Part shown: one piece after another, positions 8,561 to 17,239 of the stretch | Layout of the letters: every line of letters begins with the position of its first letter | Numbering within the stretch: position 1 is the stretch's first letter | Assembly: GCA_003220435.1 (NCBI GenBank) | Contig: QHSL01000062.1 | Span: 65,919 to 129,918, forward strand | Direction of reading: 5' to 3' | DNA from: Candidatus Rokuibacteriota bacterium | GTDB lineage: Bacteria > Methylomirabilota > Methylomirabilia > Rokubacteriales > CSP1-6 | Length of the DNA: 64,000 nt | Made by a program: the position numbers and the translations under genes | The notes under the pieces: generated by a model | The model's database searches: none | What the model was told of the DNA's origin: nothing | Seen by the model: the letters and a program-made list of their open reading frames with translations, nothing else

Positions 8561-11500
8561 GCTTTCTCTCCCCGTTTGCGCTCGCGCTCTTTGCGCTCTC
8601 GGTCCCGCTGGTTCTGCTCTACTTCCTGAAGGTCCGGCGGCGCGAGCGCACAGTGTCGAGCCTCCTGCTGTGGCCGGGGTCGCTTCGCGACCGCGAAGCC
8701 TCGACGTTCTTCCAGCGGCTCCACCGCGATCCGCTCCTGATCCTTCAGCTGCTGGCGCTGCTGGCGCTCTGCGTGGCCCTGGCCCGCCCCGTCGCCACGG
8801 TGATGGGCCAGGGCTCGCGCAAGGTGGTCGTCGTCCTCGACAGCTCGGCGTCGATGCAGGCCCGGGACGTGACGCCCTCGCGCTTCGAGGTGGCGCGAGC
8901 CGCCGCCCTGTCGCTGGTACGCGGCCTCGGCGAAGGCGCCGAGGTGATGGTCATCGAGGCTGGCGTCCAGCCCAAGGTGCTGGCGGCGCTGGCCCGGGAC
9001 CGCGAGCGGGCACTGGCGGCGATCCGCTCGGCGCAGGCCCGCGACCTGCCGACGCGCCTCGGGGAGGCGGTGCGCACCGCGCGCGCCCTCGTGGCCGCCG
9101 AGCCGCGCGCCGAGATCCACGTCTTCACTGACGGCGCCTTCCCCGCGCTCCCCGAGCGCGATGTCGCCGATCCGCGGGTCCGGTGGGTGGGTGTCGGCCG
9201 GCGCAGCCAGAACGTGGCCATCACGAACCTGTCGATCCGGAAGACGTACTACGGCGCGTTCGACTACCAGGCATTCGTGTCTCTCGTGAACTATTCCGCG
9301 GAACCGCAGGCGTTCAGCTTCACGCTGGCGCTGGATGACAAGACGATCGCCGAGAAGGAAGTCACGCTCGAGCCGAGCGTCCGGCGCTCGGTCATGCTGC
9401 CGTTCAGCCACAGCGGGGGCGGCACCGTCACGGCGCGGCTGCGGATCAACGACGACCTGGCGGTCGACAACGTCGCCTACGCGGTCCTGCCGCCCCCCCG
9501 GAAGATTGGCGTCCTCCTCGTGAGCCCCGGCAACCTCTTCCTCGAAAAGGTGCTGCGGACCGATCCTCAAGTTTCGCTCGAGGTGCGCACGCCCGACCAA
9601 TACCAGGGCGGCATGGGCGACGCGGACGTCGTCGTGCTCGATTCGGTCTCGCCGCCGCGCGCTGGCGCCGGCCGGTTCATCTTCATCAACACGGTGCCGC
9701 CCGACGTGCCGATCGAGGTCCTGGGCCGACTCGAGCGCCCGACGATCATGGACTGGGATCGCTCCCACCCGGTGATGCGCCACGTCGAGTTCGCCAAGGT
9801 CACCATCGAGGATGCGGTGCGGATCCGCCCGCTGGCGGCCGGGCGCCCGGTGGTCGAGGCGGTCGGCGGCCCGCTCATCTATGCTCTCGAGGAGCCTGAT
9901 CGCAAGGCGCTCTTCGTCGGCTTCGACTTGTTCAAGACCGACTTCCCGCTGCGGATCGCGTTCCCGCTCGTGCTCTCGAATAGCCTGCGTTGGCTCCATC
10001 CGGCCGGGCTCGACCAGTCGAGCTTCCAGTTCGCGACCGGACAGCCGATTCTCCTGCCGGCACCGCACGGGGTGACGACCGTGACCGTGACCACCCCCAG
10101 CGGCCGCTCAGTGCAGGGGCGGGTCACCCGCGGCGTCCTGAGCTTCACCGAGACCGACGAGGCCGGGATCTACAAGCTCGTGACGGCACGCGGCGAGATG
10201 CGCGTAGCGGTCAACCTGATGGACGGCGACGAGTCGAACCTGGCGCCGCGGCCTCTCCCGATCGCGAGCGGGCCGGCTCCCGCTGCCGCCCCGGTTCCCG
10301 TCCAGCGCGAGCTGTGGCCGCTCTTCGTCATCGTGGCTCTGGTCCTTCTCGCCGGTGAAGGGCTCCTCTACTGGCGCCGGCAGAGCGCCGGGCAGCTCCG
10401 GATGCCGTCGAGCCCTGGCGATCGGTGGGCGCTGGCGCTGCGCACCGCACTGGTCGCGGTCCTGTGCCTCACGCTGCTCCGGCCGACGCTCCCGCGCTGG
10501 GTCGATCGCATGAACGTCGTGTTCCTGCTCGACCTGTCCGACAGCGTCAGCCTCGCGTCTCGAGAGCGTGCGTATCGCTTCGTCGCCGACGCGGTCCAGC
10601 ACATGAAGAGCGGTGACCGCAACGCCGTGATCGCCTTCGGAGAGCAGGCGGTGGTCGACCATCCGCTCGCGAGCCGGACCACCGTCGACCGCCCGAAGGC
10701 GCAGGTCGACGGGCGCGGCACGAACATCTTTCAGGCGATCCAGCTCGGGCTCGCGGTGCTGCCGCCCGGCTCCGCGAATCGCATCGTTATGCTGACCGAC
10801 GGCCGCCAGAACGCCGGCAGCGCCCTGGCCGGCGCGCAGGCCGCGAAGGACGCGGGCACCGACATCCACTATGTCGCCGCGCCGCTGACCTTCACGCAGG
10901 AGGTCGTCGCCGAGGCGATGGTGCTGCCGCACGAGGTGAAGTTCGGCGAGCCATTCCAGGCCAAAGTCGTGGTGTGGAGCCACCGGGGCACGGAGGGACG
11001 CCTCTCGCTCTTCCGCAACGGCGAGTTCTTGGGCTCGCAGGTCGTGCGGCTCACGGCCGGCAAGAACGTCTTCAGCTATCGCCAGTCGCTCGACACCAGC
11101 GGGATCCACGTCTACCAGGCGGCGATCGAGGTCGAGGGGGACACGATCGAGGAGAACAACCGGGCCGTGGGCGCGATCGTGGTGCGCGGCCGGCCCCAGG
11201 TGCTGCTCGCCGATCGCGACCGGGGCCACGCGCAGTCGCTGGCCGGCGCGCTGCGCTCGCAGAATATCGACGTGACGGTGGTCGAGCCGCCGCAGATTCC
11301 GACCGACCTGGCCGGGCTCCAGAAGTACGACGGGGTGGTGCTCTCCAACGTGTCGTCGCTCAAGCTGACGCGGCCGCAGATGGGCTATCTCAGGGACTAC
11401 GTCCGCGATTACGGCGGCGGCCTGGTCATGATCGGCGGCGAGGAGAGCTTCGGGCTCGGCGGTTATTACCGCACTCCGGTCGAAGAGGCGCTTCCGGTCA

Positions 11501-12930
11501 CGATGGAGGTGAAGCAGAAGGTCGAGATCCCGAGCCTGGCGGTGGTTCTCTCGATCGACCGCTCCGGCTCCATGGCGATGTCCACCGACGAGAAGGTCAC
11601 CAAGCTCGACCTCGCCAAGGAAGCCGCCCACCTCGTGGTCGACCTGCTCGATGAGCGCAACGAGGTCGGCGTGATGAGCTGGGACACCGAGTTCGTCTGG
11701 GACGCGCCGGTGCGGCCCGCGAAGGACAAGGGCGCGGTCCACCACGCGATCGCCACCATCAAGGCCGGCGGCGGAACGGACGGATATCCGGCGTTGAAGG
11801 AGTCGTACCAGGTCCTGTTCGAGCGGCCCGCCCTGCTCAAGCACGTGATCTTCCTGTCCGACGGACAGATGACCCGCGGCGACTTCCAGGGACTGCTGCG
11901 GCGCATGTCGAAGGACAAGATCACCGTGTCGACCGTGGCGATCGGCAAGGACGCCGACGTCCAGCTGATGGTCGACGTCGCCAAGTGGGGCCGCGGGCGC
12001 TTCTACTACACCGAGGACTCGCAGACGATCCCGCGCATCTTCACGCTCGAGACACAGCTGGCCTCGAAGGCCTCCCTGGTGGAGCAGCCGTTCAAGCCCC
12101 AGCTCACGGCGCCCGGCCACGAGGCGATCCAGGAGATCGACTGGAAGAACGCGCCACCGCTCGGCGGGTACGTCGCGACCACGCTGAAGTCGAGCGCCGA
12201 CCTGGTCCTGATGAGCCACCAGGAAGACCCGGTGCTCGCGACCTGGCGCTATGGTCTCGGACGCTCCGTCGCGTTCACGTCCGACGCCAAGGCCAAGTGG
12301 GGCGTCCTCTGGCTGCGCTGGCGCGAGTTCAACCGCTTCTGGGCCCAGCTGATCCGCTGGACGCTCCGGAGCGGCACACGCAGCGACACGGTCGCCATCG
12401 TCGAGCGCCGCGAGAACATGGGCGAGATCGTCGTGGACGCCGTCGACCCCAAGGGCGAGTTCATCAACTTCCTGGACTCCCAGGTGGGCGTGGTTGCGCC
12501 GAACCGCGAGCGGATCGTGATCGACCTCGAGCAGGTCGGTCCCGGGAAGTACCGCGGCCGGTTCCCGGCGGCGCAGGAAGGCGTCTACCTGGTGGGCATG
12601 GCCCAGCGCCGGAACGACCGGGTCGTTGGTTCGCAGCTCGCGGGACTGGTGGTACCGTACGCTCAGGAGCTTCGCGATCTCGGAGTCGACGAGACCCTCC
12701 TGCGCGAGCTGGCGGAGCTGACGGGCGGGTCGGCGCTCGCGAAGCCAGAGGACGCGTTTTTGACGGCGCGGCGGCAGTCGCGCATCGCGGTCGAGATTTG
12801 GCCGTGGCTGGTGGGGCTGGTCGCGCTGATGCTCGTGCCGGACGTCGCGCTGCGTCGCATCGGTCCCGGCGCGTTCTCGCGGGTGGCCCTGTTCATTCGC
12901 CGGAGGCTCCGGGTGAGGGAGGTGCCCTGA
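8557..12930 (+). CDS. 1457-aa BatA-type membrane protein with three VWA domains and GATase-like domains
   Basis: BatA N-terminus (PLVLLYFLK...SSLLLW). MIDAS motifs LDSSASM, LDLSDSV, IDRSGSM. GATase-like GGGLVMIGG...EEALPV and WRYGLGRSVAFTSD. Internal TM pair and C-terminal TM. Confidence 0.88.
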   Translation: MSFLSPFALALFALSVPLVLLYFLKVRRRERTVSSLLLWPGSLRDREASTFFQRLHRDPLLILQLLALLALCVALARPVATVMGQGSRKVVVVLDSSASMQARDVTPSRFEVARAAALSLVRGLGEGAEVMVIEAGVQPKVLAALARDRERALAAIRSAQARDLPTRLGEAVRTARALVAAEPRAEIHVFTDGAFPALPERDVADPRVRWVGVGRRSQNVAITNLSIRKTYYGAFDYQAFVSLVNYSAEPQAFSFTLALDDKTIAEKEVTLEPSVRRSVMLPFSHSGGGTVTARLRINDDLAVDNVAYAVLPPPRKIGVLLVSPGNLFLEKVLRTDPQVSLEVRTPDQYQGGMGDADVVVLDSVSPPRAGAGRFIFINTVPPDVPIEVLGRLERPTIMDWDRSHPVMRHVEFAKVTIEDAVRIRPLAAGRPVVEAVGGPLIYALEEPDRKALFVGFDLFKTDFPLRIAFPLVLSNSLRWLHPAGLDQSSFQFATGQPILLPAPHGVTTVTVTTPSGRSVQGRVTRGVLSFTETDEAGIYKLVTARGEMRVAVNLMDGDESNLAPRPLPIASGPAPAAAPVPVQRELWPLFVIVALVLLAGEGLLYWRRQSAGQLRMPSSPGDRWALALRTALVAVLCLTLLRPTLPRWVDRMNVVFLLDLSDSVSLASRERAYRFVADAVQHMKSGDRNAVIAFGEQAVVDHPLASRTTVDRPKAQVDGRGTNIFQAIQLGLAVLPPGSANRIVMLTDGRQNAGSALAGAQAAKDAGTDIHYVAAPLTFTQEVVAEAMVLPHEVKFGEPFQAKVVVWSHRGTEGRLSLFRNGEFLGSQVVRLTAGKNVFSYRQSLDTSGIHVYQAAIEVEGDTIEENNRAVGAIVVRGRPQVLLADRDRGHAQSLAGALRSQNIDVTVVEPPQIPTDLAGLQKYDGVVLSNVSSLKLTRPQMGYLRDYVRDYGGGLVMIGGEESFGLGGYYRTPVEEALPVTMEVKQKVEIPSLAVVLSIDRSGSMAMSTDEKVTKLDLAKEAAHLVVDLLDERNEVGVMSWDTEFVWDAPVRPAKDKGAVHHAIATIKAGGGTDGYPALKESYQVLFERPALLKHVIFLSDGQMTRGDFQGLLRRMSKDKITVSTVAIGKDADVQLMVDVAKWGRGRFYYTEDSQTIPRIFTLETQLASKASLVEQPFKPQLTAPGHEAIQEIDWKNAPPLGGYVATTLKSSADLVLMSHQEDPVLATWRYGLGRSVAFTSDAKAKWGVLWLRWREFNRFWAQLIRWTLRSGTRSDTVAIVERRENMGEIVVDAVDPKGEFINFLDSQVGVVAPNRERIVIDLEQVGPGKYRGRFPAAQEGVYLVGMAQRRNDRVVGSQLAGLVVPYAQELRDLGVDETLLRELAELTGGSALAKPEDAFLTARRQSRIAVEIWPWLVGLVALMLVPDVALRRIGPGAFSRVALFIRRRLRVREVP

Positions 12931-14282
12931 TGCGCGGACTCGACCGACGGTCGCGGCTCCTCGCAATGGCTGCGATCCTCCTCACGCTGGTCGTCGCGAG
13001 CGGAGCGGATGCGGCCGACCCGAAGCTCCGCGTGGTCTTGATCGTGCCGTTCGACGCGACGGGGCTCGAACGGGAGGAGCAGTGGGCGGCCGAGGGGATC
13101 GCGCAGATCCTGACCCTCGGCCTCGCGCAGCATCCGACGTTCGTTCAGACCGAGCGCGCGCGCTTGCGCAGCATGGGGCACAGTGACGTCTGGGGCGAGG
13201 CCGTCCTCACCCAAGCGGCGCGCGCGGTGCGCGCCGACGCCGTCCTCTTCGGTCGCATCGAGCGTCGGGGGACCGATCTGGCGGTGCTCCCGCAGCTCCT
13301 GGAGGTGAAGTCCGGAGGGACCGACGTCGTCACGCTCGACCCCCTGACCACGCCGTCGGGCGAGCTGCTCGGCCGCCTCGCGGCGCTGCCGGTGGCGTAC
13401 GCGCGTGCGCTCCGCGTCACCCTGAGCGACGCCGACGCGGCCCGCATCGACAAGGCCTCGCGACCGACGCGGTCGCTTCGGGCGTTCGAGTTCTTCGCGC
13501 GGGGCCAGGTCGCGGCGATGCGCGGCGACCAGGAGAGCAACGAGGCAGCGGTCGACCTCCTGTCGCGCGCGATCGAAGCCGATCCGAGCTTCGTGGTGGC
13601 GCACTACACGCTCGGCGTCGTTCACTCCGCGCTCGGCAACCGCTGGAAGGCCGCCGCGCAGTTCCGCGCGTCGGCGCAGCTCGACGCACAGTATCCGGAG
13701 CCGATGAAGGCGCTCGGCGACCTGTACCTCTCCCAGCCGCGGCGCCTGTTTGATCAGGCGATCGAGGCGTACGTCAAGGCCATCGAGCTCCGACCGTTCT
13801 TCGCCGACGCCTACGTCGGACTCGGCGACGCCAAGGCGGCGAAGAGCGACGTCGACGGGGCGATCGCCGCCTACCAGAAGGCGCTCGTCTACAACCCGGT
13901 CAACCCGCGCGTTCACATGAGCCTCGGCCGGATCTACTACGGGGAGAAGGGTCTCTACTACGAAGCGGTCACCGCGTACAAGAAGGCGATCGACCTCGAT
14001 CCGCACTCGGTCGAAGCGCGCATGGGTCTCGGCGAGGTCTACGAGGAGAAGGGCCTCTACAAGGAGGCGATCGAGGAGTACCGGCGCGTCATCGAGATCG
14101 ACGGCAAGCACACCGGCGGCATGTACAATCTCGCGCTCGTCTACGAAAAGGTCGACCCTCGAGCCGCGATCGCCCAGTGGGAGCGCTACATCGAGCTCGC
14201 CTCGCCGCTGGCGACGGAAAAGGACTGGGTCGACGTCGCCCGCCAGCATCTGAGGAAACTGAAAAGTCAGATCAAGGACTAG
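12930..14282 (+). CDS. Exported tetratricopeptide-repeat protein with N-terminal TolB_N/FlgO-like domain
   Basis: ATG overlaps the upstream TGA. Signal peptide (LLAMAAILLTLVVASGADA). Multiple TPR units such as AIAAYQKALVYNP and AIEEYRRVIEID. Confidence 0.85.
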   Translation: MRGLDRRSRLLAMAAILLTLVVASGADAADPKLRVVLIVPFDATGLEREEQWAAEGIAQILTLGLAQHPTFVQTERARLRSMGHSDVWGEAVLTQAARAVRADAVLFGRIERRGTDLAVLPQLLEVKSGGTDVVTLDPLTTPSGELLGRLAALPVAYARALRVTLSDADAARIDKASRPTRSLRAFEFFARGQVAAMRGDQESNEAAVDLLSRAIEADPSFVVAHYTLGVVHSALGNRWKAAAQFRASAQLDAQYPEPMKALGDLYLSQPRRLFDQAIEAYVKAIELRPFFADAYVGLGDAKAAKSDVDGAIAAYQKALVYNPVNPRVHMSLGRIYYGEKGLYYEAVTAYKKAIDLDPHSVEARMGLGEVYEEKGLYKEAIEEYRRVIEIDGKHTGGMYNLALVYEKVDPRAAIAQWERYIELASPLATEKDWVDVARQHLRKLKSQIKD

Positions 14283-14411
14283 CGCGCAGCGCGCCTCGTG
14301 CCCCGTGCGAGTCGTTTACGGGGGCCTCACCCTGAATGTATGCCGGACACCGTCGGGCCGACGGGTATCATGGCCTGAGCAGTGGCGAAGCCTGGGCCTT
14401 CGGAGGATGGT

Positions 14412-15404
14412 GTGGACGAGCTGAGAAAGGATCCGACGCGCGGCCGTTGGGTCCTGATCCGCCCGAAGGCGAAGCCGTCCAGGTCGACGGATTGTCCGTA
14501 CTGTCCAGGCGCTGAGCATCTGACCGGACCGGAGATCGCCGCGTATCGTCCAGAGGGCCCGAACGCCAACGGCCCGGGGTGGACGGTGCGGGTCGTGCCG
14601 GAGCCCGACGCGTACTTCCGCATCGAGTGGGAGCTTGTACGAGAGGGCGTCGGGATGTTCGACATGATCAACCCCCGCGGCGCCAGCGAGCTGGTCGTGG
14701 AGTCGCCGCGCCATGACGACACGCTGGCGACGATGGAGCCCCACCACGTCGAGTCGGTGCTGTGGATGTACCGCGACCGGCTCGTCGACTTGAAGCGCGA
14801 CGGCCAGATCCGCGACATCCTCGTCTCACGCCGGCACAAGAAGCCGGGGGTGGCGCCGCATCATCCGTACTCGCGGGTGACCGCGATCCCGATCGTGTTC
14901 GACGAGATGCGCCGCGAGCTCCGCGAGGCGCGCGAGTACTACCAGTACAAGCGCCGCTGCCTCTACTGCGACATCGTCCGCCAGGAGATCGGCGCCGAGG
15001 AGCGCGTGGTGCGACTCACGGCGGCCTTCGCCGCGATCGTTCCGTATGCGCCGCGCGTGCCGCATGAGACGTGGGTCGTGCCGCGACAGCACGACTGCTC
15101 GTTCGAGGAGGCGCTGAAGGGGGAGACCGCCGCCGACCTTGCGCGTCTGCTCAGCGACTACTTCCGTACGCTCGAGCGTGAATTCGGCGACCCCGGGTAC
15201 GAGCTGGTGCTCCACACCGCGCCCAATCTCCGGTCGCGGATCCTCCAGGGCGATTGGGCGACGATTCGCGACGATTATCACTGGCACATCGAGATCACGC
15301 CCGAGCGGGAGCGCGCGAACCGTATCGGCGGCATCTACATCAATGAGACGCCACCGGAAGTCTCGGCGGCGGCGCTGCGGCGCGCCTGGCCCGATCAGGG
15401 ATAG
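14412..15404 (+). CDS. GalT/HIT-superfamily nucleotidyltransferase homolog with altered active site (HPYSR in place of HPHSQ)
   Basis: GalT hallmarks ELRKDPTRGRWVLI, CPYCPG, WTVRVVP, ELVVESPRH, RCLYCDI, PYAPRVPHETWVVP, LHTAP, YHWHIEI, INETPPE. ggagga RBS before GTG 14412. Confidence 0.85.
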   Translation: MDELRKDPTRGRWVLIRPKAKPSRSTDCPYCPGAEHLTGPEIAAYRPEGPNANGPGWTVRVVPEPDAYFRIEWELVREGVGMFDMINPRGASELVVESPRHDDTLATMEPHHVESVLWMYRDRLVDLKRDGQIRDILVSRRHKKPGVAPHHPYSRVTAIPIVFDEMRRELREAREYYQYKRRCLYCDIVRQEIGAEERVVRLTAAFAAIVPYAPRVPHETWVVPRQHDCSFEEALKGETAADLARLLSDYFRTLEREFGDPGYELVLHTAPNLRSRILQGDWATIRDDYHWHIEITPERERANRIGGIYINETPPEVSAAALRRAWPDQG

Positions 15405-16657
15405 AGGCCGCGGACCTTGTAGCCCTCCGCCACCCGGCGGATGCCTTCCATGAGCGCGGCCGTCCGGAGATCGACACCCTCCTTGGTCGCGAGCGCCCAC
15501 ACCCGGTTGAAGGCCCGCGTCATCACTTCTTGAAGCCGCGACGTGATCTCGCTCTCGCGCCAGAAGTAGTACTGGAGTCCCTGCACCCACTCGAAATACG
15601 ACACGATCACGCCGCCGGCGTTGGCGAGGATGTCGGGGATGACGGTGACGCCGCGGTCGCGCAGGATCACGTCGGCCTCCGGCGTCGTCGGCCCGTTGGC
15701 GCCCTCGGCGACAATGGTGGCCTTGATCCGATCGGCGTTGTCCTCGCGGAGCTGCGATCCGATCGCCGCCGGAATCAGGATGTCGCACGGCTGCTCGAGG
15801 ATCTGCGTGTTCGAGATCGGCTCGGTATCGGGGAACCCGCCGACGCCACCGGTGGCGGCGACGTGGGCCTCGAGCTGTCGGATGTCGAGCCCCTTCGCGT
15901 TCCAGATCCCGCCCTTGACGTCGCTGACCCCCGTGACCACACAGCCCTCGCGCCAGAGGAGCCGAGCCGCCACCCCGCCAACGTTGCCGAACCCCTGCAC
16001 GACGACCTTCTGGTCGCGCAGCTGCTGGCCGAGGACCCGCGTTGCCTGGTAGAGCGCGTACACGATCCCACGCCCCGTCGCCTCGCGGCGGCCGGCGGAG
16101 CCGCCCACGATCAGCGGCTTGCCCGTGACGACCCCGGGTACGCTCTTGCCCTGGGTCATCGAGTAGGTGTCCATCATCCACGCCATCGTTTGCTCGTCGG
16201 TGCCGAGATCTGGAGCCGGGATGTCCAGATCGGGACCGATCAGCAGCATGATCTCGGTGGTGTACCGCCGGGTCAGATGCTCGCGCTCTCGGGCAGACAT
16301 CGCCCGGGGATTGCAGGTCACCCCACCTTTGGCGCCGCCGTACGGCAGGCCCACCAGGGCACACTTCCAGCTCATCAGCATCGCGAGGGCCGTGACCTCC
16401 CCGAGGTTCACCTCGAGGTCGTATCGGAGGCCACCCTTGGTCGGGCCGAGTACCGTGCTGTGGTGGACTCTATACCCCTGGAAAACCTGGGTTTTTCCAT
16501 CGTCCATCCGAACCGGGATCGAGACGATGAGAGCGCGCCGGGGGTGCCGAAGCCTCTCGTGAATGTCGGGCTCCAGCTGGAGTTTTCCTGCCACGCGATC
16601 GAGCTGGGCCAGGGCCGTCCGGTACAGGTGGGACTCGAACTCGGTTTTCTCGGTCAT
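15395..16657 (-). CDS. gdhA: Glutamate dehydrogenase (Glu/Leu/Phe/Val dehydrogenase family)
   Basis: GPTKGGLRY, GGAKGG, DIPAPD, VVTGKP, GFGNVG, EGANGP, NAGGVIVSYFEW. Confidence 0.95.
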   Translation of the reverse strand: MTEKTEFESHLYRTALAQLDRVAGKLQLEPDIHERLRHPRRALIVSIPVRMDDGKTQVFQGYRVHHSTVLGPTKGGLRYDLEVNLGEVTALAMLMSWKCALVGLPYGGAKGGVTCNPRAMSAREREHLTRRYTTEIMLLIGPDLDIPAPDLGTDEQTMAWMMDTYSMTQGKSVPGVVTGKPLIVGGSAGRREATGRGIVYALYQATRVLGQQLRDQKVVVQGFGNVGGVAARLLWREGCVVTGVSDVKGGIWNAKGLDIRQLEAHVAATGGVGGFPDTEPISNTQILEQPCDILIPAAIGSQLREDNADRIKATIVAEGANGPTTPEADVILRDRGVTVIPDILANAGGVIVSYFEWVQGLQYYFWRESEITSRLQEVMTRAFNRVWALATKEGVDLRTAALMEGIRRVAEGYKVRGLYP

Positions 16658-16672
16658 GTCGGGCCTTTCCGG

Positions 16673-16738
16673 TTGACGGCAGCCGATACTAGTGTGAGAA
16701 TGCGACTGAAAAGGTCGCCGATCAAATTGGTCGGGGAC
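16673..16738 (+). promoter_or_regulatory. Sigma70-type promoter and IscR/Rrf2-like operator for the isc operon
   Basis: TTGACG (16673-16678)-N17-GAGAAT with extended TG. 25-bp imperfect palindrome gtcgCCGATCAAATTGGTCGGggac (16714-16738) resembles type-1 IscR sites. Confidence 0.6.
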
Positions 16739-16788
16739 AAGGACCTTGCTTCTACAAGGGATTCGATCGGAACGAGGGTCAGCACACG

Positions 16789-17217
16789 ATGCTCCGCTTC
16801 ACCAAGCGCGCCGATTACGGGCTGATGGCGATTCATTATATCGCCGTCCACGACGAGCTCGGTGCCGTCAGTGCCAAGCGGATCGCTGAGGAATTCGCCA
16901 TTCCGCCGGAGCTGCTCGCAAAGATCCTGCAGCGCCTGGCGAAGCGCCGGCTGATCGTCAGCCAGAACGGCCCCAAGGGGGGCTACGTGCTGACGCGCCA
17001 TCCGAACGACATCTCGGTCGGCGAGGTCGTCCGGGCCCTCGAGGGACCCATCAGCATCGTGAGCTGTCTCGACCACAGCGGTTGCCCGCAGGAGCAGCGC
17101 TGCAACTTACGACGACCCGTGCAGAAGCTCCAGTCGTCGATCAGTCGGCTGCTCGATACGATGAGCCTGGCCGAGCTGACTAACCAGGACACGCCCGAAG
17201 TGGTGTCGATCAAGTGA
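16789..17217 (+). CDS. iscR: Rrf2-family transcriptional regulator (IscR-like)
   Basis: ADYGL, LAKILQRL, GPKGGYVL, VVRALEG and three Cys (SCLDHSGCPQEQRC). First gene of the isc operon. Confidence 0.85.
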   Translation: MLRFTKRADYGLMAIHYIAVHDELGAVSAKRIAEEFAIPPELLAKILQRLAKRRLIVSQNGPKGGYVLTRHPNDISVGEVVRALEGPISIVSCLDHSGCPQEQRCNLRRPVQKLQSSISRLLDTMSLAELTNQDTPEVVSIK

Positions 17218-17239
17218 TCACGCGAGACGGAGAGGGCCG

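Noticed and set aside
11985..12929. N-terminal extensions in the ORF track (TPR 11985, transglutaminase 1795, argC 46917, dxr 53145, ferredoxin 56661, DsrE 23886)
   Set aside because: The extensions overlap upstream genes in another frame. The true starts are at coupled ATG/GTG codons where family homology begins.
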